Shown one piece after another: positions 39,397 through 54,159 of a DNA stretch of 64,000 nucleotides; position 1 is the first letter of the stretch; each line of letters opens with the position of its first letter. Source of the stretch: Eledone cirrhosa (Eukaryota). The stretch spans positions 390,476,001 to 390,540,000 of the forward strand of contig OZ024741.1 in the NCBI GenBank assembly GCA_964016885.1, given 5' to 3'. Below the pieces are notes generated by a model. That model was not told the DNA's origin, did not search any database, and saw only the letters and a list, made by a program, of their open reading frames with translations. The translations under genes and the position numbers were made by a program.

Positions 39397-39978
39397 GGGG
39401 GGTGTACAGTTCAGGCTTATGTAGGTTAAACTGACCTACGTTGTTACATCTCATAGAAGGTTTCTCAGGTGTTTTTTTAATGATGGGGCCCCAATCTTAT
39501 CATGAAAAGCAACATGAAATGAAGCATCTTGTTCTCAAGAACACAAAGCACTGCCTAGTCTAGGAATCAAACTCACAACCTTATGATCATAAGTCTAACA
39601 CCCTAGCCACAAAGCCACACACCTTTACAATAACAGACAAAATTTATAAATATCACAGAAAATCAAGTGTTTTGGAAATGGTCTGAAATGGTACTATGTA
39701 AAATATTAACATTTAAAAAAAAAAAAGACCAATGGCCTCTTAGTAGTTGTTTGATCCACTAGAAAAAGCAACCAAAGCCACCTCAAATCACAGTACTGTC
39801 TAGAAAAGGACAGATTGCATAATGGGGTCTTAGAAACACTGATAAGAAAAAGACAATAGATGAAACACTGACAGCTGGAATGTCTTTCATAACAAGTCTC
39901 TTGGATAGGCACCAACTCAATAACATCAACAACAATAAATATTAAATAGGATAATTTTACTTAAACTGAAACTCTAAC

Positions 39979-40335
39979 TGTTACATTGGGGGATAGTCAT
40001 GTTGCCAATTTTGCTAATAAAAACACAAGCACTATTTAGCTTTCACTTCAGCTTTATTATAATTAGTTACTGGTTAGTTCATCAAAGCTCTTTCATAACA
40101 TGTTGTGTGACCTCCTCAATGACTGTTGTTCTTCTCTTCTTTCTGGTTTTATTTTGTTTACTCCTTGTCTTTCTGAGGTACATTTTTTAACATTAAGGAC
40201 GTCACAGAAGGTGTGATGAAAGAACTTTGACAAACTAACCAATAACTAATAATAATAGGGCTGAAATGAAAATCAAATAGTGCATGTGTTTCTATTGGAA
40301 AAAATTGGCAACATGACCATCTCCAAATATAACAA
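39979..40335. repeat. Imperfect inverted repeat (foldback), ~145-bp arms with a ~70-nt spacer
   Basis: GTCATGTTGCCAATTTT / AAAATTGGCAACATGAC, ATTAGTTA.TGGTTAGTT / AACTAACCA.TAACTAAT, TCAAAG.TCTTTCAT / ATGAAAGA.CTTTGA. Confidence 0.85.
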
Positions 40336-41393
40336 TATCTGTTTCAACTCATGATTTCACGTAAAGAATCTTGCAAAACAAATACATAAATAAAACTATA
40401 ATATTGTATCATAAATGATTCCAATTGTTATGTATTGTTATGATAAAATCCCAACTGGGCAGCTAAAGGGCATAATGTGGATTCACATCACACAATACTT
40501 ACTATATTGTATTTTTTAGCAGAAAGGACTTTATTTTACAGCTAACAGGAATGTGGATATCAGCTCTATAATGAGAAAGTGTTCAGCAACAGCCAGGAAA
40601 TCCAAATAGAGATTTTTTTTTTCTAATATTCAAAAATTCTTACAGAGAAAATTTCCAGACCTAACCAATACATAACAGCAAGATGTGAGTAGAATGGGAA
40701 TAGATTGTGTGAAAAACAGAAATGAGAGCTTAATTATTAATGATTAAATAAAGCAGCTATTAAACTCATATAAAAACTAAAATGGTCAACCATTTAAGAG
40801 GCAAAACTTAAGCCTATATTCTGGAATATACATATTCTTTTCATGAAACATTGTTAATATTCCAAATAATTATCTTAAAAACCAACTATCGAGCACAAAG
40901 GAATATTTCCTACTTCATAGATAAATAGACATTCTTACTGAACCATAAATGAGAAACTGGCTGTTACGAAACATGCTGAAGAAACCAAATTTTGACTGAA
41001 AACTCTTAATTATCAAAAAGGTGAAACATTAGGTGTGTGCATGTGTGCATGTGTGTATGTATGTATGTATGTATGTATGTATGTATGTATGTATGTATGT
41101 ATGTATGTATGTGTGTATGTGTGTATGTGTGTATATGTATATATATATACACATACACAGTGCCCAGCCCACACTGTAAAATAGTGATGTAGGCATCACA
41201 ACAAAAAGAACCCAGTACTCACTGTAAATGAGGTTGGCATTAGGAAGGGCATCCAACTGTAGAAACCAAGCCAAAATCAGTTCTTTATGAGCAAGACATG
41301 GTCACCTGACCTAGCATTGCCCACAACAGGACAACTTGTCTAACCCATGCTAGCGTGGAAAAATGGACGTTAAACGGTGATGATGATGATGAT

Positions 41394-41432
<39 letters not shown>

Positions 41433-42323
41433 TTGAAAGAATGAACCACATGTATAATGCACTGAAATCACAAGGACCTCCTGAGGTCAACTGATGAGAA
41501 GGGACTGTCCTGTATTTTGTCCGTTTTTCCATTGTCTTCGCCCAACATTTTTTAAATATTATATGTTTGGATTTTTGAAATAAGACTCCAGAAAGATCTG
41601 ATAATACCCCAGAAGTACCATAATTAATCAAATCAATTAAGTTAACCAAACTAGGAGGAGAATTGAAGACATACTCACTGGCTGTAGTTGATGCCGAACT
41701 GTAATCCAGGTGCCTGGTCAGAGAACTGTGTATAACCAGTTTCCAGTATCTAATATGATGATGATCATCATGACTTAAACATGCAAATATGTCTTTCTTT
41801 TTTAAAGAAATATTATTCTTTAATCAAGAAGCATGTAACAAATAACCAAACCAAGCTTTGATGAGATGCAGCAATTTCCAGCTAAAAAACATTTTCAGTC
41901 AGGCAAGCACCTAATGAGGAGTAACATGGAATACCTGAAGCTGTAGGGTGATGGGAAGAAATATACTGGATATATTTCAAATGAAAGGGCATGCTTTGTT
42001 AGTAAGAGAAATAGAAAGATATTTGGGTCTCTCATGCAAAAGATAGGTTATCAGGATATTTTGCTATCCATCACCAAGAACTCATTCAAAGCGACAAGAG
42101 AAGATGACATTTTGATATAGGAGCATAAAGAATGAATTAAACAGACAACAAAGACAAGGCAGAAGTGATGTGCTTAAAGTAGAGAGCTTCGTAGGTAGGT
42201 GTAGCTACCAATAAACATATAGTCTTAAAGAAGAAAAAATATTAATATTTCAGAATGATTGATTAAACCAAAAGAAAGCTTGTTGAAAACCTAATCATTT
42301 TCCATAATAGAATTAAATCACAC

Positions 42324-42357
<34 letters not shown>

Positions 42358-44635
42358 CTTGTGGGTCTGAACAAGAGAATTCATATGTAAAAATTATTTA
42401 AACACCTATTGTCTTGTAAAATACCATGTTTGTGTAACACTATGAAATCTATTGGTAGCAAGACAAACCCCAACCTATAAAGATCTGTCTGCATACATGA
42501 GCAAAGGGTGGTGAGAGAATGATAGGAAGAGAGAAAGATGGTCGAGTAGACTGGAGGAGTGGAATGCAATGGTGGAGGGAATAGCTGAAATATTGGAGGG
42601 GATAACAGAGAATGTGCAATAAGGTAAGGAATACAATGGTAGACAAGAGGTAAAAAGTAAGAAGTGAAGTGCTAAATAAGAATAGAGAAAGAAAGAGTGC
42701 AGTAGTTGACAAGGAGAGGTGGGGGGAGAGTGCTGTGATAGACAGAAGTAAAGAAAACAGAAGATGTAAAAGAAAAATAATATAGTCTAAAATAATATAT
42801 AATACATATTAAATAGTAAATACTTTAGGCTAATTACTGTGAATATTTAGTAATGGGTGTGTCTAGCTTTAAAACTTTATTTCCTTTACAATATTTCCTA
42901 AAATAGGAAGCAATGAGGCAGCCTCTATGCAGTTACTTGACTTGCTAGAGATATCAGCCAAATCTCTCCCAAATTACACCCCGTCATCTTAAAAAGGGAA
43001 AAACATATTGAAAAAGGTAGTTTTAGACATATAAATAGACAAGATGATCAAGGCTTCAACACCTTTGATCATGTGCCTGCTCAATCCTGGCTGACTTTAG
43101 AGGAAACAACGTAGGAAGCAACTCAGTTAATCTTATTGATACCATCCTCTTATCTAAACAGATTATTTACCATAAAATGGCTTACTGCATCAATTATACA
43201 TTATATATTATATATTAGCAATGTCAGTCTATGTGAAACTGTTCCACATGATCATTTTGCCATACAGTTGCTGTTTTGATAGCATGGCAATAAAACAATA
43301 AATGAAATATAAAATAAACCCAATGAAATACTGTGTTCTGAGGGTACCATTGCTTTAGCACTGTGGTTTACTTGGGTACCAATGCAGGCTTCTGTTTTCA
43401 TGGAATGTATCTCTGGAAATCAATTTTGCCAGCTTCTTTTATTCTCCAAGCTATAAAATACCTGTCAATTATAAGTGCTCCCCTAACAGCTGGGTGCACA
43501 ACTAAGTGAACTCAACATTTGAGAGAGAAAGATATAGTCCAAAAATTTGGGCCATGGAGGCAGTGCAGTGGCACAATATGTAAAAATGATGACCCCTTTT
43601 TGGTCTGGTTGACCAGCACCTTAGTAATCCAAACCACTGGGATTCTTTAATATATACATATGTGTGTATGTATGGTCCTGAGAGAGTTGTAGTGGTGTCA
43701 CATTAACATACAGCATTTCTAGGGAATTTCTTTTTAAAATCTGGTGAAGCAATAAAAGACTACTTCAAATAAGCCTTAAGGATATGAACATGAGCATCAT
43801 TATTGATTATGGTGTCCCTATTCTATTGATGTTGTCATTAGATCAGTGAAATTAAAGAGGTAGACACTATTCAGAAATGTCTAGTTTGGTCAGTTAATAC
43901 CAATCATGACAATAAATGAAAAACAGCCAGAGCAGTGCTAAACTAAAAAAAAAACAAAAAAAAAACAAAAAAAATTATTCCAAACTAAAAAAAAAAATAT
44001 TAGTAAATTCAATAAACAAAAACACAATACACAAATTATTCCAAATATTGCCATTTATTCACCATATGTGCAAGATGGGACAGTTTGATGAGGGTGGAAG
44101 GGAATGTCATAATAGGAACTATTACAGACAAATGTTTGGCACTAGTAACAAAACATGACCAAATAAATAGACTGGCACAAAGGGTAAAAACATTGGTGTT
44201 TTTACAAAAAAGTTTGTTTTTTTTCTTATTCTTATTATATATATTTAAAAAAATGGAAGACATTCAAACAAAACAAAAAAAAACATAAAAACAAAAAATA
44301 TATAGATAAATTTGGCTTCCAGGTTAATTTTTTTAAAATTACTTTTTCATAATTTTAATTTATATATGATACGATATGGGGGAAGAAAGTTTATTAACCT
44401 CCTCAAGAGTGATATGAGAACATTTGGGTGTGGTGATTATCATCTGCTAAATGCTGTAAACCTATATAGAGGAAGAAGTGGAATAAACCATTGTTCGAGC
44501 CAAAGAAAAAAATCAATTAAGAGTGGCTGAATACAGGAGAATAATTGGTATGTATAGCTATATGTAATTTGAACCTTAAAATAGAACCCTCAACTCATTT
44601 AACTCTATATATTGATATATGATATAATGGATAAA

Positions 44636-44822
44636 TAATTGTTTCTACTTTAGGCACAAGGCCAGCAATTACCCAGTGCATTACTGGTACTTTATTTTAT
44701 CGACCCCGTAAGGATGAAAGGCAAAGTCAACCTCGGCGGGATTTGAACTCAGATCGTAAAGGGACGTCACTATGCGTCAAAGCATGGCGTCCGTCTCTCT
44801 ACCGATACTGCCAATCCACCCC
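44636..44822 (-). mobile_element. SINE family A, young copy
   Basis: Near-perfect reverse complement of the family A consensus. TGGATAAATAAT on both sides looks like a TSD. Confidence 0.9.
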
Positions 44823-47019
44823 TGTGGATAAATAATGCCTTCACATCATATACGATTCCAAATAACATTGAACTATATATATATATATATATTGGAAGTA
44901 AGAATAATAAATGAAAAATAAAGATCTTTTAGTGTAGCCAAAGGGCAGCCTTTTTCAAGCAGTGGGCCGCATGAGATTTGACTTATCATAAGATGGGCCA
45001 CACTATTAAAAGAAGGTAAATTTTTGTTAATCGTGAGATTCAGAAAGCCACATGTAGCCTGCAGGTCGCAGTTTGCCCATGATTTATATTCATAAATAGA
45101 AATAACAATATATTTAACCCAGTGTGTGAGATCTACATATAGACACATGAAAATGGAATGCATCCAAATGAAGCTTCTCAAACAACTGAAATATAACATA
45201 ACAGAGACTCCTGAAAAAGGCAATAATATAGTCTTATGTATACGCTTTATTTATTCTGTATACATGTTGACTTTATTTCATTAACCCTTTTCATATCAAA
45301 CTGATAGAAACCACCCATGGTTTTGTGATACAAAGCTGTTTATTTGGAAGTGTTTAAATTTATTTAAAAACCTTCCAACATAACTTTATGTAAGAACCTA
45401 TTTGACAAGTAATGCTCCAGGTACTAACTTAATGCAAAAGTTAGTTACATTACTAAATCCCTCATAATACTTGGTTATTTCAAATCTATCTGAAAATTAT
45501 AGGCAGTGTATTTCGTATGAAATATGGTAATGACAGGGTTAAGAACAATACCTCTATCTTCCCATACCAGAGGATTGAAGAGTATAGCTGGGTAAGTTGT
45601 CTGGGTGTCTCTGATTGAGATGCAAAATGTTAATGGTTTAAAGCCCATCACCAACACTGCACCATATTTTAAATAGTTACTGGGTATAAGTCCACCTAAA
45701 CACTGTAAGAAATAGGAGTCCTGTGTCCCAAACATGTTTCTGTTAGCTTATAATACAACACCTTTATGATACAAGCTCAGGTGATGATGTGCTCTGTCAA
45801 GTTGACATGCTTTAAATATCTTTCCTACATGAAGACAAAGTTTTAAGTGATATCCCAACAGCTCAGTAGGGTATGGAACACCCACTGTAATCAATTGAAT
45901 CAACTCCAGTATATTACTGGCATATATTTTATCTATGGTTAGGTCAGGCATCTACCTGCTTCTGGTACGACCTGCATCATGATCGAGTAGTTGGCAACTA
46001 AACCAGCTCCCCCACCAGACCCTGGTCTGTTAGGGAAGGTAAGTGTAATCCCAGCAGCACAAAAAGCAAGAGCTGTTAAAAAGGTGGATGAACTCCTCAG
46101 AGTCAATGGCCATGCATCACAACTATGGGTTAAATAACCTCACCACTCTGCAATTGATCAAGCATGGTACGGCTACACCCCTGAAGACATGAACAAAACC
46201 AAACAGAAAGCTGTGATGGAGGTCACCAGGGAGGGATTCCACCAACAGGATTGAGAAGGAATTGGATTGGATTAGATTAAATATTTTATCTTTTCCAAGG
46301 GAATCAAAATTGACTTTGGCAGGACAGGAACTTGGAACAATAGGAAAAGAAACTAAATCCTGTAATGCTATTAGACTAGCATGGGCTGCTGTCTCCGACA
46401 TTTCCATACTTTAATGTATAAACATTGTAATTTGTGAGATGGTGAACTTCAAATACTTAATGCACATTCAAACAGTTTGAAACCCTTCCTCTTTAATTTT
46501 TTAGTATCCAGAAGCTAGTTTTCTTATAAGATTAAAAGTAACAGAACAAAATTGTTAACATATTTTATGAGATTCAACAATAGATTAAGCAATTCCTCTT
46601 ACATTTACAGTAATTATTAATGTTATCTGGTCAGAAAATTAAGAGAACTGAATATAGAAACATTTCCAAAGAGGAATTGCTAACAAGAAATAACAATGAC
46701 ACCTCCTTTTCTAAATAAGAGGAAGCTGTCTTGTTTACGGGCATAATACAATCCCTGTAGCAAGGTTTCATCTGATAATCTATGAGTAAAATCCTTTAAC
46801 CAAAACAAAAAAACAAACATCTTAATGCAAACATATAAGGTGTTATCAGAAAATTTTGAGACTGTATCTGCAGTGATTGTATTGTTCAATAGAAATGAGT
46901 GTACAACTGATGATCATTGCTAGCCTGCCTATTCAGTTAGGCTTCATGTTATCTACTTGTCTTACATTTTAGGAATTCTTTTAAAATATTGTTAGAATGG
47001 CTCTGTTAATTTTAAGATG

Positions 47020-47615
47020 GTTGACAATTTTAAGCAACATCCTACATCAAACTTTGTATGGAACTTGATAAAGCTGCTAGCAAGACACCTGAAATGCCTC
47101 ATTAGAGATTTAGCAAACATTCTTTAGGTTTTTGAGTGACATATGCAATTTAAGACCAATGGAGTGTTAGTCCAAGGTGTTGAGCATTCAAGAAAACCAA
47201 TCATAAGCAAAAATGCAAGAAAATGTGAAAAGCATTTGTGAAGTCCTCCATCAAGGATGTTATTGAACAATTCATCAGTCCTGTAACATAACTGGTATCA
47301 GTTATAGAGTCTATCTAGAGATTGTCATAGAAAACCTGAAGATATACTGAATTGTTGTCAAGTTTGTTCCTTGGCTCTTCATGCTAGATCAAAAGCAGAA
47401 ACATCTTGACATGCACCTTGAGTTACATGAAAAGGCACCCAACTCAAAGGGCTGCCACTTCACGACAATAGACAGAATTCAAATGGAATTGTTGTCGATA
47501 TTGGACGGCTTTTCAGGAAGCGGCCTTCTGTGTTATAGCATTGATCGCAGCACATTAAAACTGTGGAGATTTGCTGTGATTGGTATGTATATTGCCAAAG
47601 GAAGTATTTCTGGGA
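47020..47615 (+). mobile_element. Degenerate mariner transposase relic (internal deletion)
   Basis: Remnants read IKLCMELDKAASKT, EHSRKP, GISY, KFVPWLFMLDQKQ, then LKGCHFTTIDRIQ and KYF, matching mariner N- and C-terminal patterns with many lesions. Confidence 0.65.
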
Positions 47616-49295
47616 GGGAAGCGGGTGCTCAAATCTAAATAATTTATAAAATACACGATTTATTGGAGTACGATTGGGAGAGGGAATGACTTTCTGATAC
47701 CACCTCATATTTTTATTGATGTTCTTTCTTAATTTATTTTTAGAGTTGACTTAGTTTTATTAGAATATGAGAAGAAATTTGTATATATAAAAAAAGGGGG
47801 GTGAGGAATACTTTTGATATTACTCTGAACACATTGTATTCTCATTCATGGTAACATTTCTTTGATAATCCCAAACTAGGCAATTTTCTGTTATCAATCA
47901 TTTATTAGTTTGCTTCGCTTCTCATAAATTAGACTAGCAATGAACTTAAAATATGATGTAAGGCAATTTCTTAGACTTAACTAAGACATGTATGGAAGTC
48001 TATGATAGTCTTTAAAATGAGAATTTATAACAGTGATGGTATTTGGAGCAATACATTATTGAACATAAGTTGGTTAAATACTTTAAAATATACCTAAATG
48101 ATCAGTATTTCATAAATATATTTGGTTACAGTTTATTCATAATTTTTTTTTTTTTTTTGTCAGTCTTTTTTTTTTTTTGTCAGGGTCTTTTTTTTTTTGT
48201 AATGAGTTTTGTTACTTTACAGAAGTGGGGCCATAAATTAATATTAAATGTTTGAATAAGTCATGAACAGTATATAAAATGAGTGCAAAGTGAAGCTGAG
48301 AGACATGAGAATTAATAAGTAGAATAATGAGATTATAATAGATTAGCTTCATTTGATGATGATGCTAAAAAAGAGAACATAACAGAACTGATCTGGCCTT
48401 CTCTATGCATAAAACATCTTAATTATATCAACAGAGATTGTGTTATTCGATTAAAATATTCTAATAGATATTTTATTACAAAAAAATGTTTTTTTAAACT
48501 GCAGATGTATAACCATCATACTAATATATTTAGCTCCATTTCATATAATAAAAACAAATTACTTCTTATTTTTTTAAGCTTAAGACTTCATCAAATTGTC
48601 AAGTTAATGGAGAAGATTTAAAAAAAAAAAAAGATTTAAAGAATGATAAAACCTAGATTACTGGAAAGAAAATGCATACATACACATGCACACACATACA
48701 CACGTGTGTGTGTGTGGGTGTGGGTGTGGGTGTGTGTGTGTGTGTGTGTGTAATGATGTATAACAATGTAAACCTGAATAATAAGTTTCTAAAAACAAAA
48801 AAGGAATGAGATTTAGATTTAATTTTTCATGTGTGTATTCGAAAGAAAATATAAATGTAGCCACATGAAGCTTTTTATTTAGAGTTTCATTTCATGCTTA
48901 ATCCTTCCTCTACTCAGTAGAAAAATTATAGATCTTTCGAGATCATTATGAAAACCTTCAGATTCTGATCTGCAAAAATGGTAAATGGATGACAATAGCA
49001 AAAGTCACAATGACGTGACATTGTTATTTACAGTGTAAAAGTCAATGATTACAAAAATAAAAATTTCTGTTCCACTTGTTTCCTTTTTTTTTTTTTTTTA
49101 AAGTAAATTGGTCAGTTGTAGTGAGGTATGATTGGAAGTGTTGCATTGGTAGAGGGCAGTGAAGCTGCTGAACTGTGCAAAACAACAGCAACCAAAGCAG
49201 AATTGGGTTGTCAGAAGGTAGTAAATAACAGTTCCAACATAAGGTCGAGGCACACCAGCAAAAAACAAACATTTACTGATCCAAGCGGTACTTAC

Positions 49296-49383
49296 GAGTT
49301 TGGGTTTTCTTAAAAGCAGTATTAGCAAAGAAATTTTGAAACCGTTCAGAATAAAATCCAGGTCGATGAACAGATATTGTGTC
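49296..49383 (-). CDS. PIP5K1: PIP5K1-like exon, end of kinase core (phase 0-1)
   Basis: Acceptor tctctctttcag. DTISVHRPGFYSERFQNFFANTAFKKTQT matches DTVSVHRPxFYAxRF. Donor C|gtaagt. Confidence 0.95.
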
Positions 49384-51968
49384 CTGAAAGAGAGAAAAAA
49401 TAAGAAAAAATTAATGAAAGCTTTGTAGACCAGTCCACCAAGAAATGGTTTATGCCAGCAAATATGCTAATAAATAAAAAATATAGATTGAAGTTGTTGA
49501 ACATCTAGAGAACATTTCTTCACAATTAACATGTGTCAGTGGAGAACAAAAAAAAAAAAAGACACACACACACACACACATTTCTGTTGATACAGACAAA
49601 GTTAATCCTCACTGTCAATTGGGATTTATATGGTGGCATGAGTTTGACATGTTTGCAAATTTGGATATTTGTGAATTTGTGTTTATAAAACTGGTATTTT
49701 GTAGTCGGATTCTATTATGAAAGTGTGTCACGATAAAATGCACCCAGTGCACTCTGTAAAGTTGTTAGTAGGCATCCAGCCATAGAAAACATGCCAAACA
49801 AAGGATGAAGAGGACTCTTCAGTTATGTCAAAGATATGACAAACTTGCTAACGCTGGTGCTATAATAAAATAGACCAAGTGTAGTATGAAGTGGAGGAAA
49901 TGACTGGGAGATGCAAGCCCTGGCATATCTCTGTGGTTAGTAGCTTCAAATAAGTATTAACTTGGTCTGTGGCAACCCATCCAACCCTTCTTAGCAACAA
50001 AAACGAATGTTAAATGTTGATGATGAAGAAATAGTTCTTATTTTCTAATTTCTTTCAGTATGTACAACTAAAAAAAAAAAAACCTCATATAAAGACAACC
50101 CCATCTTCAGTTTTAGCCCTTGTCTTTTAATGGGTCCACATAAAATGTTCTTGCTCCCCATTCTAACCCTACATCTTTATGGTAATTAGGTAAAACCTCT
50201 TCATATCAGGTTTTAATTTGTTCTCCCAAAAGTCTTCCTTTCATGTAATGGAATATATTTCCACTTCATATTAAAGTCTCGAGTCTGTCTCAAGCCCAGA
50301 GACTAACCAGGCCAGAGCTTATCCCAGTTTTTAGTGGCATTAAGTGACCGAGAGTAAAAGATTTTCCCCTAGACAGGACACCAGTCCATTGCAGGGTTAA
50401 ACCCCCAGTTATTACTGGTACTATTTTCAGCTGGAGCAACAAGAAATGTAGAGTTTTGCTCAAGAACAAAACACACAGCCTAGTCTAAGAATCAAACCCA
50501 CAACATTATGACTAAGTCCAATACCCTAACTATTAGGCCATGTGCCTCCACACTTCATATTACCAAATATCATAAAATTCCTATAGTAACAGTTTACTCT
50601 CTTCAATAACAGATCAACAGTTTTTCTAACACTCATTCTGTCTTACAAGTTGTCAGAGAATGTCAACCATGAGTTGATACTTAGGTGAGTATCTAGAATA
50701 AAATCACAATACTGACCACAGAACCAAACTTATATACTCCTCAGCACAGTATTGTGTCCTTGTCTATAAGTAAGTATTAAATACAGATACAAACAGATCC
50801 TGAGTCATGATAGAAGTGCTCATATTGTGAATTTCTTCTAATCAATACTATCCACACTACACCAAATATAGGCTCAATATGAATGCTGTGTGCAAGAGAG
50901 GATATTACGTTGGTATGGACATGTGATGCATATGAAGGATGACAGCAATATAAAGGTACAGAGCGCGAAAAGTCGATGGAAGCCTTGGAGTGGGGAGACC
51001 CAAGAAGACCTGGAATGAGGTGATAAAAGCTGGTCTTGCCCAATTGCACCGCTCAAAGGTGATGACAAAAGACTGAGACCTCTGGTGTTACGCAGTAATA
51101 CAGAAGAGCTGACTTCCCATGGGTACAAGCCATCTACAATGATATCTCTGTCTAACCTTCCTCTCCTTAATGGTTTAGTTTAGACAAATGGGATATGCTC
51201 AAAGCCTTCACAGGCTCTCTGGAATCAGTGAAGTTAATATGGTTGATGGTTTTCTTAAACAACTACAAGTCAATGACTGCACAAAAAAGCATGAAAATGA
51301 AGGGAATTCCAGAAGGATTACATTCTTGAGAAGGACTGGAAACAGCAGTTAGTATGAAGACTTAGAGAAGGGGACAATATGGGTGATAAGAGGGAAAGAA
51401 ATGAGCGAGTCGGGTCTGAGTAAAAGTAGCATGTGACTAACCAACTCCAAGGAGCAGAAAGCCACTGTGGTAAGAATGAAAAAATAGACAAGATTCCAAA
51501 CATCATTCACTCACAGAGTTGAGTGGAACTCGTCAAATCAGACCAAAGAATCAATGTTTCCATTAGTCTTTCCATTGCTAATATTATCTACCAGTTACTA
51601 CTCCTGGCAGAAAGAGTAACATGACATAAAGTATAACACATCGGCTGGTCCAGGAGTTGAACTTGCAACCTCATAATTGCAAATCCAATTCTCTAACCAC
51701 TAATCCACACACAATAAATAAATTTAAAAAAAATAAAAATAAAAAAAACAGTAAATGGAGTACATATGTGGGTCAGAGGCTGGAAGAGTGTATTGAGTAG
51801 CAGGAAAAAAAAAACATAGCAAAGACATTATACAGCCACACTTTTAACACATGCAACATATATCCTTCATAGCATTGATAAATGAAATTAATAGAATAAT
51901 AAACAAAACAAACTGTCAACTCAAAACTCAATATATTATTAGAGTATAAAGTGATAAATCTCACTCAC

Positions 51969-52101
51969 CCCTTCAATAATTATTGCTTTCATTGTATGCT
52001 CCAATTTTTTCTTCAAGCGATAACTTTGTAAAATATCAATTAAGCCAAGATATAATAATAATCTTTCTCCTTTACTATTTCGTGCAGGAATGCCTCCAAG
52101 T
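51969..52101 (-). CDS. PIP5K1: PIP5K1-like exon with catalytic IDILQ and activation loop (phase 2-0)
   Basis: Acceptor gtattgcag. [44 protein letters not shown]; the KKLEH Glu is the type I specificity residue. Donor GGG|gtgagt. Confidence 0.96.
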
Positions 52102-52539
52102 CTGCAATACAATATAATAAACTTTTTCAAGTTCTGTGCAATAATACAGATGATAAAATAAATTCCTTAGTAAAAAATATAGTTACAATTGAACTTATTC
52201 ATATTTTACATTTACTAATGTATAACAAGGGTGCTCTGGTCTCTAGGGTAGGCGCCCTGTCCCAGTATTCCTCCTCCAATTTACAGGCTCATACTCAAAG
52301 TGGGCCCATCCAATTGGGCCATGCTTGCCTCTCTCAGCCACCTTTCAACAAATTACTTTGAAGGAAAAATGGCAAAATAAGCCACTACATGGCCAGTACT
52401 TAACTCAAATCAGGCAAGGTGATATAAACAAAACCCAAACCCTTCAGTGGCTGCACAGTTCAGGACTGAAAGCCGATACAGGTTTCATATTGGCTGCACA
52501 AGATCAATGCGGTGCCATAAAAAATTATCAGGCAAACAT

Positions 52540-54159
52540 TCTCTTCATTTTGACACTAAACTTCGCTAGTTGCAGACTGTGCATCAACATGAGATATTTT
52601 TCTCCACAAAGTTCGATCACCAGCAGCAGAGTTTAAAGAGCAAAGATCAATTCCAGTCCATAAATCAACATTATCAAGCCATTGTTTTGGCTGCCGGCCT
52701 CTGCTTCTCTTACCAGCCAACCTTCTCTCCAGGCATAACCTACTCACACTACAAGTTGATCTTTTTATATGACCATATAGTTTGAGTACTTTTGACTTGA
52801 CAATTAATGTAATTGGTCTAAGTTTGGTAATGTTGAGCAGCTCACTGAGCCACTTGCCAGATATAAGTCTCATGATGTGGTTCTGGAATGTAGAGAGCTT
52901 CTGAAGTGACCTTGTTGTCCAATTAACACAGTCAAGACCATATAACACAACTGGTAGAATGTAAGTATCAAAGATTTTAGCCTTCAAATGATAGGAAACT
53001 GGTTTTGATGTTAGTACTTCCTTGTTCTTAATGAAGGCTGCCCAACCCAGAGTGATGCGATACTGGACAGCAACGATTCCATTGTTGTTTGATGATAGTT
53101 TGTGACAGAGATATACAAACTCTGTAACTTGAGCAATTTGCTGGTTGTAGATTGTCAGTTGGAGATTGGCATTGTTTTTATCAGTTGTCATACATTTTGT
53201 TTTGGAGATGTTGATGTGTAAGCCAGCCTCCAGCGAATGTTTGGCCAGTATATACAGAAAGTCTTGCAGATGAGTAACTAGAGTAATGATGGCCAAATCG
53301 TCTGCATAACTAAGATTTGATAGGATTTTACCTCCTATTTAATAGCCAGAAGAGCATTCTTCTTCAGTTTGATAGATAAGTGCAGCTATAACTATACAGA
53401 AAAAAGTGCTGATAGTACATCCCCCTGCTTAACTCCCTTCAAGATGTCTATACAGTGTGTAGGTCCCAAATCTGTTTTGATATATGCTGTTAAGTTGGTG
53501 TAAGTTTCTTTCAGTAGATTGGTGTATTTTTGTTAACCCTTTAGCATTTACATTACTCTATATATACTATTATATTTTCATGGTAAAGGCTTTACCTCGC
53601 ATAATTATCTCACATAATATCGAATCTATGAGATTTTGAAAGTATTTATTTTGAGAACAATACCTTAACATCAGTTTGAGCGACCAGTTACAGCCAGTTT
53701 CAACAGAAAGAGGTAGAGAATTCTGGCCGGTTTTGGCCAGTTTGAACATTAAAGGGTTAATTGAGGTCTTGTATAAAAGTTGTCACAAGCTGGGTAGTTT
53801 CACGTTGTCAAAAGCTTTTGTGAAGTCAATGAAGGTGATGTGCACAGGGTTGTTGAATACTATTGATTTCTCAATGTTTTGTTCAATAGCTAGGATCTAC
53901 TCAATGGTGCCTCTTCCATGTTGATACACAGCTTGTGTTTCAGGAAATGAGGCGTAAAGGTCTGACTTCACTCGTGCTGCAATGCTACTCATGAAAAGCT
54001 TGTAAACGTGACTCTATAGGCTGATAAGATGATAGTTCCCACAATCAAGTCTGCTACCTTTTTTGTAGAGTACAACTATCAATGCTTTCTTGAACGTATC
54101 TGGGCTTTTTCCTGTAGTGATAATACAGTTAAAGAGATGTTGAAGTGCTTTGATAATTG
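52540..54159 (-). mobile_element. 5'-truncated RTE-like LINE (different family, no PHD insert) inserted into the R4-like relic
   Basis: KSPDTFKKALIVVLYKKG, FIDFTKAFD, YADDL, INISKTKCM, RSRGRQPKQW. 9-bp TSD GGCAAACAT at 52531-52539 and 54160-54168. Confidence 0.85.
53537..53756. mobile_element. piggyBac-type MITE (220 bp)
   Basis: TTAA TSDs, CCCTTT/AAAGGG ends, second copy at 23527-24016. Confidence 0.88.
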
